Positions 39,560-49,045 of a stretch of DNA of 64,000 bases are shown piece after piece. Position 1 is the stretch's first letter. Every line of letters begins with the position of its first letter. Source of the stretch: an uncultured Gammaproteobacteria bacterium (GTDB lineage: Bacteria; Patescibacteriota; Microgenomatia; Daviesbacterales; UBA10151); contig CAZYPW010000002.1 of the NCBI GenBank assembly GCA_964649615.1, positions 66,969-130,968 of the forward strand, read 5' to 3'. Under the pieces are notes generated by a model. It worked only from the letters and a program-made list of their open reading frames with translations, searched no databases and was not told the origin of the DNA. A program made the position numbers and the translations under genes.

Positions 39560-40581
39560 TTCACTAACCTCCTGTAAACTGCTGCTGTCTGCTCTGCGCA
39601 TTTTTCCCAGGAAAATAATTTAGCCCTGCTAGATCCTTTAGCAATAAGTTCACGCCTCATCTCTGTATCTTCCATAACTATCTTAATCTTTTTTTGAATA
39701 TCTTCAACAGAATACGGATCTGCCAACAATGCAGCATCTCCAGCCACTTCAGGCATAGAAGAAACTTTGGAGGTAATAACAGCTAACCCAGAGTAAAATG
39801 CATCAACTATTGGCAGCCCAAATCCCTCATACAATGAACAGTAAACTAAAACAGATGCTGACTGGTATAGCAATCCCAATTCATCCAAATTTAACCAGGG
39901 AATTGTCTGGCCGGCAATTACCAGATGATAACCAGATGAGGCCACTTTAATCCTTTCCAGATTCCTCCTTTCCCCAATTCCTCCTATTGCCAGAATAAAT
40001 CTTTGGGGAAGATCATATTTTTCTCTAAATTCTTTTATTTGGATCTGGGATGCTTTTTGGAAATTCATTGTTGGGCCTTCATATATGACCTTAATTTTTT
40101 TCTCAGGGATTTTTGAAACTTCCATCAAATCCTTTTTTGTTGATTCTGACACTGCAATCACACAGTCTATTTCCCTTTCTATCAGCTTCAGCCTTCTTGT
40201 ATGTACATCTACAATCTGTGGATATGACCACTCTGGATATTTTATAGCTACAAGATCATGAACTGTTGTAACCTTGATAGCCTTAGAGGGAGGTTGAGTC
40301 CAATCTGAAGAGTGGAAGATATCTAAAAACCCTAAAAATTTTTCAATTGATATATTTCTCCATCTGTTAAATAACATTTCAAAAAGTTTAGGAGGCAATC
40401 TATATTTTTTAACATTCTTCAAATTACCAAGGTAAGGCTTTCTTAAAGAGAAGTAGAGATAAACCATTTCTAAATCATCTATTTGAAAAAGTTGGCTGGC
40501 TAAATTTTGTGTATAGGTAGCTACCCCTCCTCTATGAGCTAACTGTGAAATATCCATTCCCACCCGTATTTTTCTAACCAT
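39556..40581 (-). CDS. Glycosyltransferase family 4
   Basis: YEGFGLPIVDAFYSGLAVITSK. Confidence 0.8.
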   Translation of the reverse strand: MVRKIRVGMDISQLAHRGGVATYTQNLASQLFQIDDLEMVYLYFSLRKPYLGNLKNVKKYRLPPKLFEMLFNRWRNISIEKFLGFLDIFHSSDWTQPPSKAIKVTTVHDLVAIKYPEWSYPQIVDVHTRRLKLIEREIDCVIAVSESTKKDLMEVSKIPEKKIKVIYEGPTMNFQKASQIQIKEFREKYDLPQRFILAIGGIGERRNLERIKVASSGYHLVIAGQTIPWLNLDELGLLYQSASVLVYCSLYEGFGLPIVDAFYSGLAVITSKVSSMPEVAGDAALLADPYSVEDIQKKIKIVMEDTEMRRELIAKGSSRAKLFSWEKCAEQTAAVYRRLVK

Positions 40582-40590
40582 ATTACTATT

Positions 40591-41955
40591 TTAGTCTTTT
40601 TTGCGAAGAATTTCTGCAGCCCCTACATTATCTATCATGTAATAATTTTCTAAAATATATTGATCAATATCTTTGGCAAAATCAGTAATTTTCATTCCTT
40701 CAATTTCAACTGTCCTGTCAGCCACAATAATCTCGGGTTGGTCTTTTTTAATTCCTGCTAATATTTTATCCTCTGCAACTTTCAAAAACCAGGGAAACTG
40801 AAATACAAAAACCTCTCCTGCGGGTAGGGTTTGTGACATTTGATAAAGATGCGGAGCTGCTCCAAAGACAAAAATTTTATCTCCCTTATTTGTATACTGC
40901 TTAACCTTTTCTGCAATCCCGTAAGTTGATTTATCAAAGAAAAATACCATGTTAGATAAATGGCCCCTATAAAAAATGTTTTGCCACCAAAGAGTAACAA
41001 CCAAATAGAAAGAAGTTAAGATAAAAAGCGCTTTTTTCTTGGGTAATGAATATACTCCTATAGCCGTTCCCAGCATTGCAAAGGGGAGAGAAGGTTGAAA
41101 GTGGACAAAGTTTGCCCTATCAAATGCCCCAACTGCGGACCCTATCAAAAAAAGGGAAAGAATAACTTTAAACCTTTTATCTTTGTACAAAAAATAAGAT
41201 AGCGATGCTGTATAAACTACTAAAACTCTGGAAATAAATCCAAAATTCTCAGGAATTTGTGTACCCGATGAGGCGTAAATAGTTAAATTAAAAACAATGG
41301 TCCAGTACCAAAAATCCTCAAACACACCGATCCAAATAAAGTATAAAACCATTAAAAGAATTGGTGGAAGAAGTCCCACAAGATATTTAACTATTTCTTG
41401 TTTACTTTTTTCTGACCATAATATATAAATGAATACTAAAATAGATAAGGGAATCATTGTCTGCTTAAAAATTATTCCCAATCCAAGAAATATTCCAACC
41501 AGAAAGAACCTTTTTCTGTAAAGTAAATAAAATGCGGGTAAAAGAAATAGCGGTAAAAAATTATCTATCCATAAAACCCATCCTTCAAAAAATGGCTGCC
41601 AGATTAAATATAAAAAGTTTACTAAAAGAGCTTTGTAGCCACTTTTTAAAAAATATCTTGAGATAAAAAATAAAAGTAAATGAGTAATTAATACCACAGA
41701 AATCAACCATGCTCTGGCAACAATTTCATTAACCATTCCTAAATTATCAAAATTAAAGGGTAAAAACATAAATCCAGGAAAATGTTGGTCCAAAATCTGG
41801 GAGTAAGGTTTAAGCCCATTATTTGTTAAATAAGGATAAATAAAAAGCTCTGGATATGGAAAAAAAATTAGTCTGGTTACGACTAGAGAATGAACCAGCA
41901 AAATAATACCTAGTAGTAGATAACACAATCTATCTTTTAACATAATGGTAAACAA
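40591..41955 (-). CDS. Polytopic membrane protein, putative GT-C-type glycosyltransferase
   Basis: A 454-aa protein with at least 10 hydrophobic segments, sitting in a cluster of GT-C genes. No unambiguous motif. Confidence 0.4.
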   Translation of the reverse strand: MFTIMLKDRLCYLLLGIILLVHSLVVTRLIFFPYPELFIYPYLTNNGLKPYSQILDQHFPGFMFLPFNFDNLGMVNEIVARAWLISVVLITHLLLFFISRYFLKSGYKALLVNFLYLIWQPFFEGWVLWIDNFLPLFLLPAFYLLYRKRFFLVGIFLGLGIIFKQTMIPLSILVFIYILWSEKSKQEIVKYLVGLLPPILLMVLYFIWIGVFEDFWYWTIVFNLTIYASSGTQIPENFGFISRVLVVYTASLSYFLYKDKRFKVILSLFLIGSAVGAFDRANFVHFQPSLPFAMLGTAIGVYSLPKKKALFILTSFYLVVTLWWQNIFYRGHLSNMVFFFDKSTYGIAEKVKQYTNKGDKIFVFGAAPHLYQMSQTLPAGEVFVFQFPWFLKVAEDKILAGIKKDQPEIIVADRTVEIEGMKITDFAKDIDQYILENYYMIDNVGAAEILRKKD

Positions 41956-43366
41956 AACCTACTCCATTAAAATTGCGAGTGTCAGTTTGCTCATATCCTA
42001 ACTCTACCAATTTTTTTGAAAGTAACCTATTAGGATCACTAATCTGCACTAAATAATCAACTAAATAAACATCTTTAGAATTTCCCAGTGAAGAGTTTAA
42101 ATCTGAAACTGAATTTTCATCTTTTGCTGGAAAATCTTTTAAGCCTCCCATGGCATTTAAATTTCCCTTTGAATAATAATCAAAAGGGGGCAATGTTCCA
42201 GAGCTTTCAAATAATATAGCTGATGGTTGAAGTTTTTCAAAAAAAACAACTAAGCCTTTCCAATCTTCTCTTTGATACTTTGGATTTAATAAATAAACCA
42301 TGCTGCAAAAAAGTTCTATTAGAACAATGCTTACTAAAAAAATATATTGAAATCTTTTTTTAAAACTTAAAATACCTAAAGAGATTAAAATAATAAAAGC
42401 TGGGATAACAAATAAGACTCTGAAATAGTTATAGATAGGGATAAAAAATGAAATAATAGATGCTAAGCTAAGAGGAATTATTATCCAAAAAAGAAGAAGC
42501 TTAACTGCAAAATCTTTTAATGATCTAACTGCCCGCCAATAAAGATAGATGAATAAACTGCAAACTGGCAGGAGTAAGAGTGTATAAATAACTTTATCAG
42601 CCAAACTAATTCTGCCGATAATAAATTTAACAAAAGTCAGGGGCAGTGCCTTAAAATCAAACTCCCCTACTATAAATTTCCATGTTGGTAAATTAGCAGA
42701 GGCTACAGATCCAACGTCAAATTGATTTAAAAATGTAGGAAGATGCCAGAAACCTGCTAAAACTGCTGCGCTAAATGCCATAATCCACTTTTTAAGGATT
42801 TCTTTTTTAAATAACAAAATAAAAAGTAGCTGGGAGGGAAAAATAAAGTAAGCCACATAATCAGATGCCAGAACAGCTGCATTACTCAGAATAAGAAAAA
42901 TTAAATTAATTTTTTCTCCTTTAATTAATTTTATGAGAAGTAAAATATTAACTGAGACAGCCAAACAGGCAAGTGCATACATTCTGGCCTCCTGGCTATA
43001 GTAGATATGCAAAGGATTAAGGCAAATTAGCAGTGCTGCAACTATACCAAGATGTCTTGAAACTAACTTTTTGCCGATAAGATAAACAACCCAAATATTT
43101 ACCGTCCCAAAAATTACCGATGGCATCCTTACTGCAATTTCAGAGTAACCAAAAATTTTAGTCCAAAACCATAAAATTATAAACCAGCCAGGAGGATGAA
43201 AATCAGCTTTAGCATATTGGGTAATTAAATCAAAAAAAGAATAGTTCTGGGCAGCTTGGGTATTAATTGCCTCATCCAGCCAAAGACTTTGATTTAAGCT
43301 AACTAAGCGGAGTATTAATCCTACTGATATAATCAACCATATCATTTTTTCTTCTCCAGCTCCCAA
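41930..43366 (-). CDS. GT-C fold membrane glycosyltransferase (GT39/PMT_2-like)
   Basis: The first loop SLWLDEAINTQAAQ carries the DE motif of PMT/ArnT-type enzymes. Confidence 0.6.
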   Translation of the reverse strand: MGAGEEKMIWLIISVGLILRLVSLNQSLWLDEAINTQAAQNYSFFDLITQYAKADFHPPGWFIILWFWTKIFGYSEIAVRMPSVIFGTVNIWVVYLIGKKLVSRHLGIVAALLICLNPLHIYYSQEARMYALACLAVSVNILLLIKLIKGEKINLIFLILSNAAVLASDYVAYFIFPSQLLFILLFKKEILKKWIMAFSAAVLAGFWHLPTFLNQFDVGSVASANLPTWKFIVGEFDFKALPLTFVKFIIGRISLADKVIYTLLLLPVCSLFIYLYWRAVRSLKDFAVKLLLFWIIIPLSLASIISFFIPIYNYFRVLFVIPAFIILISLGILSFKKRFQYIFLVSIVLIELFCSMVYLLNPKYQREDWKGLVVFFEKLQPSAILFESSGTLPPFDYYSKGNLNAMGGLKDFPAKDENSVSDLNSSLGNSKDVYLVDYLVQISDPNRLLSKKLVELGYEQTDTRNFNGVGFVYHYVKR

Positions 43367-44097
43367 ATTTTAATCATAACTTGCAGTTGATAAACCATCA
43401 TCAGATAAGTTAGACAAAAACCATAAAATCCATCTAAAAATCCTGCGTGTTTTATATATCTTGTTAAAAATTCTCTAGTTGGTTTCCAAAAAAAGTTTGC
43501 CCAGGAGAATCTCTCTCCTGCTAAATATAAATTTTGAGCCTCAATTGTGGAATATCTATTTTGCCTATTAATAAAATCCTCAATTGTTCGGTATCCAAAA
43601 TGTTCAATTGCTAACTCTTTTTTGGCAGGTAGGTCTAAAACTAATCCTTCAACTTTAGGATAAAGATGGATTTTTTCCTCCCACCCCACTTTTCCCTTTT
43701 TAAAAAATCTCACATGCCTATCAGGCCACCAGTTGGTATGGGCAATCCATTTACCAAAAAAAATATTTTTTCTGGGAATATTAACTGCTGCATATTTATT
43801 CTCTGATTTTATTTCTTTAAGTTTTTTCCATAAAGTTGCTGTTAATCTCTCATCTGGATCCAAAATTAAAATCCAATCTCCACTTGCTTTTGATACTGCA
43901 AAATCACGGACTTTTTCTACATATTCAACTAAAGTATGGGTAAAGATTTTAGCCTTAAAACTTTCAGCAATTTTTAAAGTATTATCTCCAGATCCTAAAT
44001 CTAATATGACAATCTCATCACCCTTTCCTTCTACGCTCCTTAGGCAATCTTTCAGAACATCTTCTTCATTATAAGTAACTATTACTGTTGAGATCAT
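43342..44097 (-). CDS. Glycosyltransferase family 2
   Basis: VIVTYNEEDVL…, DLGSGDNT and LDPDE (DxD). Confidence 0.75.
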   Translation of the reverse strand: MISTVIVTYNEEDVLKDCLRSVEGKGDEIVILDLGSGDNTLKIAESFKAKIFTHTLVEYVEKVRDFAVSKASGDWILILDPDERLTATLWKKLKEIKSENKYAAVNIPRKNIFFGKWIAHTNWWPDRHVRFFKKGKVGWEEKIHLYPKVEGLVLDLPAKKELAIEHFGYRTIEDFINRQNRYSTIEAQNLYLAGERFSWANFFWKPTREFLTRYIKHAGFLDGFYGFCLTYLMMVYQLQVMIKIWELEKKK

Positions 44098-45032
44098 AAA
44101 TTCATAAAAGCCTCCTCATATCTTTTGGCTATCTTTTCCCAGGAAAATTTCTTAGCCTGATTTATAGCTTTAGCCTTCCAATCCCCTTTTAATGCTTGTT
44201 TAATTGCTTGAGCATAATTTTTGATGTCTGAAACATCAACTAAAATCCCTGCCTCCCCTATTATCTCATTTCTTGTCTCATCATTTGGAGCAACTACTCC
44301 TAAGCCCGATGCCATAGCTTCAAGGTAAACTATTCCAAAAGCCTCTCTTTCCCAGGAAGGTAGTACAAAAAGATCAGCACTCCTATATACTTTTGGCAAG
44401 TTTTTATAATCTGCTTTCATAATTTTAAATCTATCTCCTAGTAATCTTTTACCCAAATCCTGCAGTTTATCTTTCTCCTTCCCTTCTCCAACTAAGACTA
44501 AAGATACATCTTTTAATGAACTTAATGCTTTAATAGTCCTCTGATGATATTTATACCAAACCAATGCCCCCACAGATAATACAACTGGCCCTTTGAGTTT
44601 CAAATCTTCCCTTTCCCCATTTGGCTTAAATTTATTTAGATCCACACCATTAGGGATTTTAATTACCTTGCTTCCCCAAGCCCATTTTTTTGACCATCTA
44701 TACATGGAATCCGTTAAAGCAACATATAAATCAGGCTTAGAAATGGCAATATTAAAAATCTCTCCTTTTCCAATTCCAGCTTGTCCAGTAATTGCCAGCT
44801 TGTAATTTTTTTGAAGCCTTCCCAAAGACGCCTTTAAACTTTGTACTCCTCCGTTTACTGCAATAACTATCTGATACTCACCCTTTAAAATCTCATCCAA
44901 AGAATCAGCTTTATCCCCAGATAAAATATTTACCTCATGTCTTTTGCTCAGTTCCCTGCTTAACTCATAAACAAAGGTTTCAGCCCCTCTTTGAACACTA
45001 TCTTGGTACCTACTTAAAAATGCTATCTTCAT
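44094..45032 (-). CDS. Glycosyltransferase family 4 (short)
   Basis: REAFGIVYLEAMASGLGVVAPN. Confidence 0.7.
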   Translation of the reverse strand: MKIAFLSRYQDSVQRGAETFVYELSRELSKRHEVNILSGDKADSLDEILKGEYQIVIAVNGGVQSLKASLGRLQKNYKLAITGQAGIGKGEIFNIAISKPDLYVALTDSMYRWSKKWAWGSKVIKIPNGVDLNKFKPNGEREDLKLKGPVVLSVGALVWYKYHQRTIKALSSLKDVSLVLVGEGKEKDKLQDLGKRLLGDRFKIMKADYKNLPKVYRSADLFVLPSWEREAFGIVYLEAMASGLGVVAPNDETRNEIIGEAGILVDVSDIKNYAQAIKQALKGDWKAKAINQAKKFSWEKIAKRYEEAFMNL

Positions 45033-45037
45033 ATAAT

Positions 45038-46561
45038 TTAATTTCTCTTAATATATGCCCTATATCCACCTTCTTTAATGGAAGATATACCCAACAGGTC
45101 CTCTGATAAAGGTATTCTATCTTCAGATAAAATTATAGTGTAAACAGGAAACCTTTTACTAATCTCGTCAGGATACAGCCACCCTAAACTGTTATCAGTA
45201 TAACTTTGATCAGGAACTCTTCCATATGCTTTAAATAAATATCTCCATCCCTCATAGTTATGGCATATTCCCCTTCCTTCAATAGCAAAACTTTTATCAC
45301 CTACCATACCCATTACTTTATTAATTAACTTTTCTTTAGGGCCTAAACTAAATTCATCTGATGAATTTAAGACTGTATTAATGCCCAAGAGAGAAACAAT
45401 TAATATTAAACCAAAGGCAATCCACTTCATTTTTTTGTTTAGTTCCCCTATCAAAATTGCTGGTACAAAAATAAAGAGAGCGAGAAAAACTAAAGTATAA
45501 TATTCATAAGAACCCCCAGGATAAATAAGATAAAAAAGGGCCGAGACAGTTAAAAATAGGGCTAAAAGTTTATTAGGAAATTTCCTACTATTTAAATTTT
45601 TTCCTATGAAATATAAAACTAATCCTAGAGAAATTATGGATAACCAAGAGGGAGAATATGTTCTTTGGGTATATTTATTAATTACTTCATAACCTGTTGA
45701 TAAAGATAAGGCTGAACAGCCAAAATTTACTTCATCTGCATTAGGAGCTCCAGGTTTTAAATGCCAAAATCGACCCATGCTATCAAATAACGTTCCAAAT
45801 TTTTCTGGTGGATTAAAACTAACCTGTAATTGATGGTTACTTTCCAAAAGTTTACTAAGAACTCTCAAATTACTGAAATTATGGTTCATATCAAAAATAA
45901 TTAGTGGCCAGTAAAAGATTAGAAAAGCAGCTGAGCATAAGATGATTAACTTAATATCCTTAAAGTGCTTATCCTTTATAAAGTACCAGACACCTATCAA
46001 AAGAAGTGGAAAGGGGGGTAGATGGGTTTCAAAGATAAGTCCTGCTAGTCCTGCAAATAAAATCCACCACCATTTATTTTTTTTTACTAATACTAAGGAT
46101 AAAAATAAAAGCACTGCTACTGAAGGCCCAAACATGGGGTTCCAGTATTTTTGATCAAAGAAAACAAACAAAGGTAAAGTTGCATATAATAAAGAAGAAA
46201 TAACTGCCACAGTCAAATTAAAAACTCTTTTTCCTGCCAAAAAAATAACTGCTGTAGTAATTACTCCTAAAAAGGCTGCAAAATAGGCAGTAATTAAAGG
46301 ATCTCCTCTTGATAAAGCCAAAAGGATAGCTGTTAAGTAGACTACATAGGGCCCAATATAAAATTCTAAAGCAGCTGCAACCAAACCAATCCAAATAGGA
46401 TGAGGGTTCAAAACTTGAGTCCAAGCATAAGTGGCTTGATATTCTTCATCTAAATTAAATACATATAAATCAGGCAAACGGTTAAACCTTAAAAAAGCAG
46501 AAATAATTATGATAATTATTAAAAATAGATAAACTCGATATTTTTTTATTAAAGTCCACAT
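45038..46561 (-). CDS. GT-C fold membrane glycosyltransferase, paralog A (507 aa)
   Basis: A DEE loop (FNLDEEYQATYAW). It is about 65% identical to the ORF at 49046..50584, including the C-terminal motif FAIEGRGICHNYEGWRYLFK. Confidence 0.55.
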   Translation of the reverse strand: MWTLIKKYRVYLFLIIIIIISAFLRFNRLPDLYVFNLDEEYQATYAWTQVLNPHPIWIGLVAAALEFYIGPYVVYLTAILLALSRGDPLITAYFAAFLGVITTAVIFLAGKRVFNLTVAVISSLLYATLPLFVFFDQKYWNPMFGPSVAVLLFLSLVLVKKNKWWWILFAGLAGLIFETHLPPFPLLLIGVWYFIKDKHFKDIKLIILCSAAFLIFYWPLIIFDMNHNFSNLRVLSKLLESNHQLQVSFNPPEKFGTLFDSMGRFWHLKPGAPNADEVNFGCSALSLSTGYEVINKYTQRTYSPSWLSIISLGLVLYFIGKNLNSRKFPNKLLALFLTVSALFYLIYPGGSYEYYTLVFLALFIFVPAILIGELNKKMKWIAFGLILIVSLLGINTVLNSSDEFSLGPKEKLINKVMGMVGDKSFAIEGRGICHNYEGWRYLFKAYGRVPDQSYTDNSLGWLYPDEISKRFPVYTIILSEDRIPLSEDLLGISSIKEGGYRAYIKRN

Positions 46562-47101
46562 TTATTGTAGTTTTCTTATTATTTTTGCAGGAACTCCAGC
46601 TACTAAAACTTGTGAGGGAACATCTTTTGTCACCACTGCCCCAGCAGCTACCATGGAATTTTCTCCAATTGTTACCCCAGGTAGAATTGTTGCACAAGCA
46701 CCTATTACAGAACCTCTCTTTAAAATGGTAGGTGAACTGATAGGAGGAAAATATTTTTGTAATGGATGGTCTTTATATCCAACGTTCATATGGGTTAAAA
46801 TTGTAACTCGTTGAGCCAGAGTTACTTCATCTTCCAAAATTACTTTATTATATAAATCTATTAAAGCTTCATCTCCCAAAAAACATTTTTGTCCTAAACT
46901 TAATCCTTTTAATCCTTGATGGTGCCAGTTAAAAAAATGGACATCCATAATAATAGAATCTTGGCCTATTTTTGCTCCTCCTAATATGAGTACCAATTTT
47001 CTCAATTGGGGCAAGAATAATAATTTATAGAATATTTGGAAAAGACTAAAGATAAAAAATTTAAAAGCTTTTTTAAGACCGACTTCTTGAATCGCTTTCA
47101 T
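46562..47101 (-). CDS. Hexapeptide-repeat acetyltransferase (WcaF/PglD-like)
   Basis: [29 protein letters not shown]. Confidence 0.75.
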   Translation of the reverse strand: MKAIQEVGLKKAFKFFIFSLFQIFYKLLFLPQLRKLVLILGGAKIGQDSIIMDVHFFNWHHQGLKGLSLGQKCFLGDEALIDLYNKVILEDEVTLAQRVTILTHMNVGYKDHPLQKYFPPISSPTILKRGSVIGACATILPGVTIGENSMVAAGAVVTKDVPSQVLVAGVPAKIIRKLQ

Positions 47102-47186
47102 GTTAATATTCTTAGACTATTTGAAGTCTTGCATTCCTAGGATTATAATAACATAACTTTATATTGTAAAAATTTATTAAAATAAT

Positions 47187-47906
47187 ATGTCAAAACCTTA
47201 TCTTTCTTTAGTGCTAGCGCTTTATAATGAAGGACCAACTTTAGAACACAGCCTAAAAAGTATTTACCAATCTTTAAATAGCACTAAGAAATCTTGGGAA
47301 GTAATTCTAGTGGAAGATAAGAGCACTGATAATACCCTGGAAAGGATACAAAAATTATTGCCTAATTTAAAAAATACTAAACTGATTACACACCAAGAAA
47401 ACCAGGGGCGGGGAAGAACTGTTAGTGATGGAATCAAAGCTGCTAAAGGTATTTACAGTGGATTCTTAGATGTGGATTTAGAAGTTTCATCCGAATATAT
47501 ACCACTATTTATTAAAGAATTAGAAAAAGGATTTGATATGGTTGTGGCTAATAGATTTTATGAAAAAAACTTTAGAGCAATCACAAGAGTCGTTAGCTCC
47601 GTGGGTTATAAAATAATCGTTAATACTCTTTTACATCTTCCTATCAATGATACTGAAGCCGGGTACAAATTTTTTAAAACAAACAAAATACTGCCTGTAT
47701 TATCAAAAATTACAGAGAAAGGATGGTTTTGGGATACTGAAATTTGTGCTAGGGCCTACTGGACAGGACTAAAACTTAGCCAAATACCAGTTCTATTTGT
47801 TAGAAATACTAACAAGAAATCTACGGTCAGATTAATACCTGACACTTTGGATTATCTGATAAAAATATATCAATTCAGAATGAAAAATTCTGATAATTTT
47901 AAATAA
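47187..47906 (+). CDS. GT2 polyprenyl-phosphate sugar transferase (ArnC/DPM1/GtrB-like)
   Basis: LSLVLALYNEGPTL, VEDKSTDNT and FLDVDLE (DxD), with a C-terminal amphipathic region. Confidence 0.7.
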   Translation: MSKPYLSLVLALYNEGPTLEHSLKSIYQSLNSTKKSWEVILVEDKSTDNTLERIQKLLPNLKNTKLITHQENQGRGRTVSDGIKAAKGIYSGFLDVDLEVSSEYIPLFIKELEKGFDMVVANRFYEKNFRAITRVVSSVGYKIIVNTLLHLPINDTEAGYKFFKTNKILPVLSKITEKGWFWDTEICARAYWTGLKLSQIPVLFVRNTNKKSTVRLIPDTLDYLIKIYQFRMKNSDNFK

Positions 47907-47910
47907 TTAA

Positions 47911-49041
47911 ATGCCAGTTAATAACTACATTATACCTTTGCACAAACCCTTTTGGGGAAGGGAGGAAGAAAAAGCAGCTGTGCTAGCTATGCGTAATGGA
48001 ATAGGAATCGGGGATTTAAGTTATAGTGAAGAATTATCTAAAGCATTATCGAAATTAATTGGCAGCAAATACGCTCTTCCAGTTGGCTCAGGTACTTCTG
48101 CACTGGAATTAGCCTGCGCTTGTATTTTAAAAAAGGGAGATGAGGTCATTTTACCCTCCTTCACCTTTTCCTCTTGTGCAAATGCTGTGCTTTTGGCTGG
48201 TGCAAAACCTGTCTTTGCAGATATCGATATTCAAACTTACAACATTGATCCGCTAGAGATAGAAAAATTGATCACTAAAAAAACAAAAGCTATCATGGTC
48301 GTGCATTATGCTGGCATGGCAGCTGATATGGCAGCAATCAATAGAATTGCCCAGAACTATAACCTTTTGGTCATTGAAGATGCAGCCCATGCCTTAGGGG
48401 CAAAATACCAGGGAGTGCATTTGGGAACTATCGGCACAATAGGCTGTTACTCATTCCATGGCACTAAAAATGCCGTTTCTGGAGAAGGCGGGGCCTTTAT
48501 TACCAGTGACTCTAAAATTCATAAAGTAGCTGAGATTATCAGGGAAAAAGGAACAAATCGCTCTTCATTTATGAGGGGTGAGAGAAGAAAATATTCTTGG
48601 GTCAGGATCGGACGAAGCTTAATTTTATCTGATATTTTATCAGCAATAGCTCTAGTACAAATCAGAAAATTAAACCAGATTACCACCTTAAGGCAAGAAA
48701 AAGCCCAAAATTTATTGAAGAAGTTGCAGATACTCTCTTCAAAAATCATTTTACCTATAGTAAGCAGTGGAACTGATCCGAACTGGCATATTTTTGCCAT
48801 ACGGGTACCCAGATCTTCCCGCAACCGTATTATAAAAGACCTTAAATCTTATGGAATTGAAGCTGCTTTTCATTTTTTACCTCTCCATACCTCACTGATG
48901 GGACAACAACTGGGTTTTAAAAAAGGAGATTTAGCAGTAACAGAAGAGGTTTCCCAAACATTAATTAGATTGCCAATTTATCCACAGCTGAAAAATAGTG
49001 AAATTGATTATCTGGTGGATGTGTTAAAGAAAATACTTTAA
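47911..49041 (+). CDS. DegT/DnrJ/EryC1/StrS-family PLP-dependent sugar aminotransferase (ArnB/PglE-like)
   Basis: The N-terminus follows the …HKPFWGREE… pattern, and SFHGTKN carries the PLP-binding Lys. Confidence 0.85.
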   Translation: MPVNNYIIPLHKPFWGREEEKAAVLAMRNGIGIGDLSYSEELSKALSKLIGSKYALPVGSGTSALELACACILKKGDEVILPSFTFSSCANAVLLAGAKPVFADIDIQTYNIDPLEIEKLITKKTKAIMVVHYAGMAADMAAINRIAQNYNLLVIEDAAHALGAKYQGVHLGTIGTIGCYSFHGTKNAVSGEGGAFITSDSKIHKVAEIIREKGTNRSSFMRGERRKYSWVRIGRSLILSDILSAIALVQIRKLNQITTLRQEKAQNLLKKLQILSSKIILPIVSSGTDPNWHIFAIRVPRSSRNRIIKDLKSYGIEAAFHFLPLHTSLMGQQLGFKKGDLAVTEEVSQTLIRLPIYPQLKNSEIDYLVDVLKKIL

Positions 49042-49045
49042 TAAT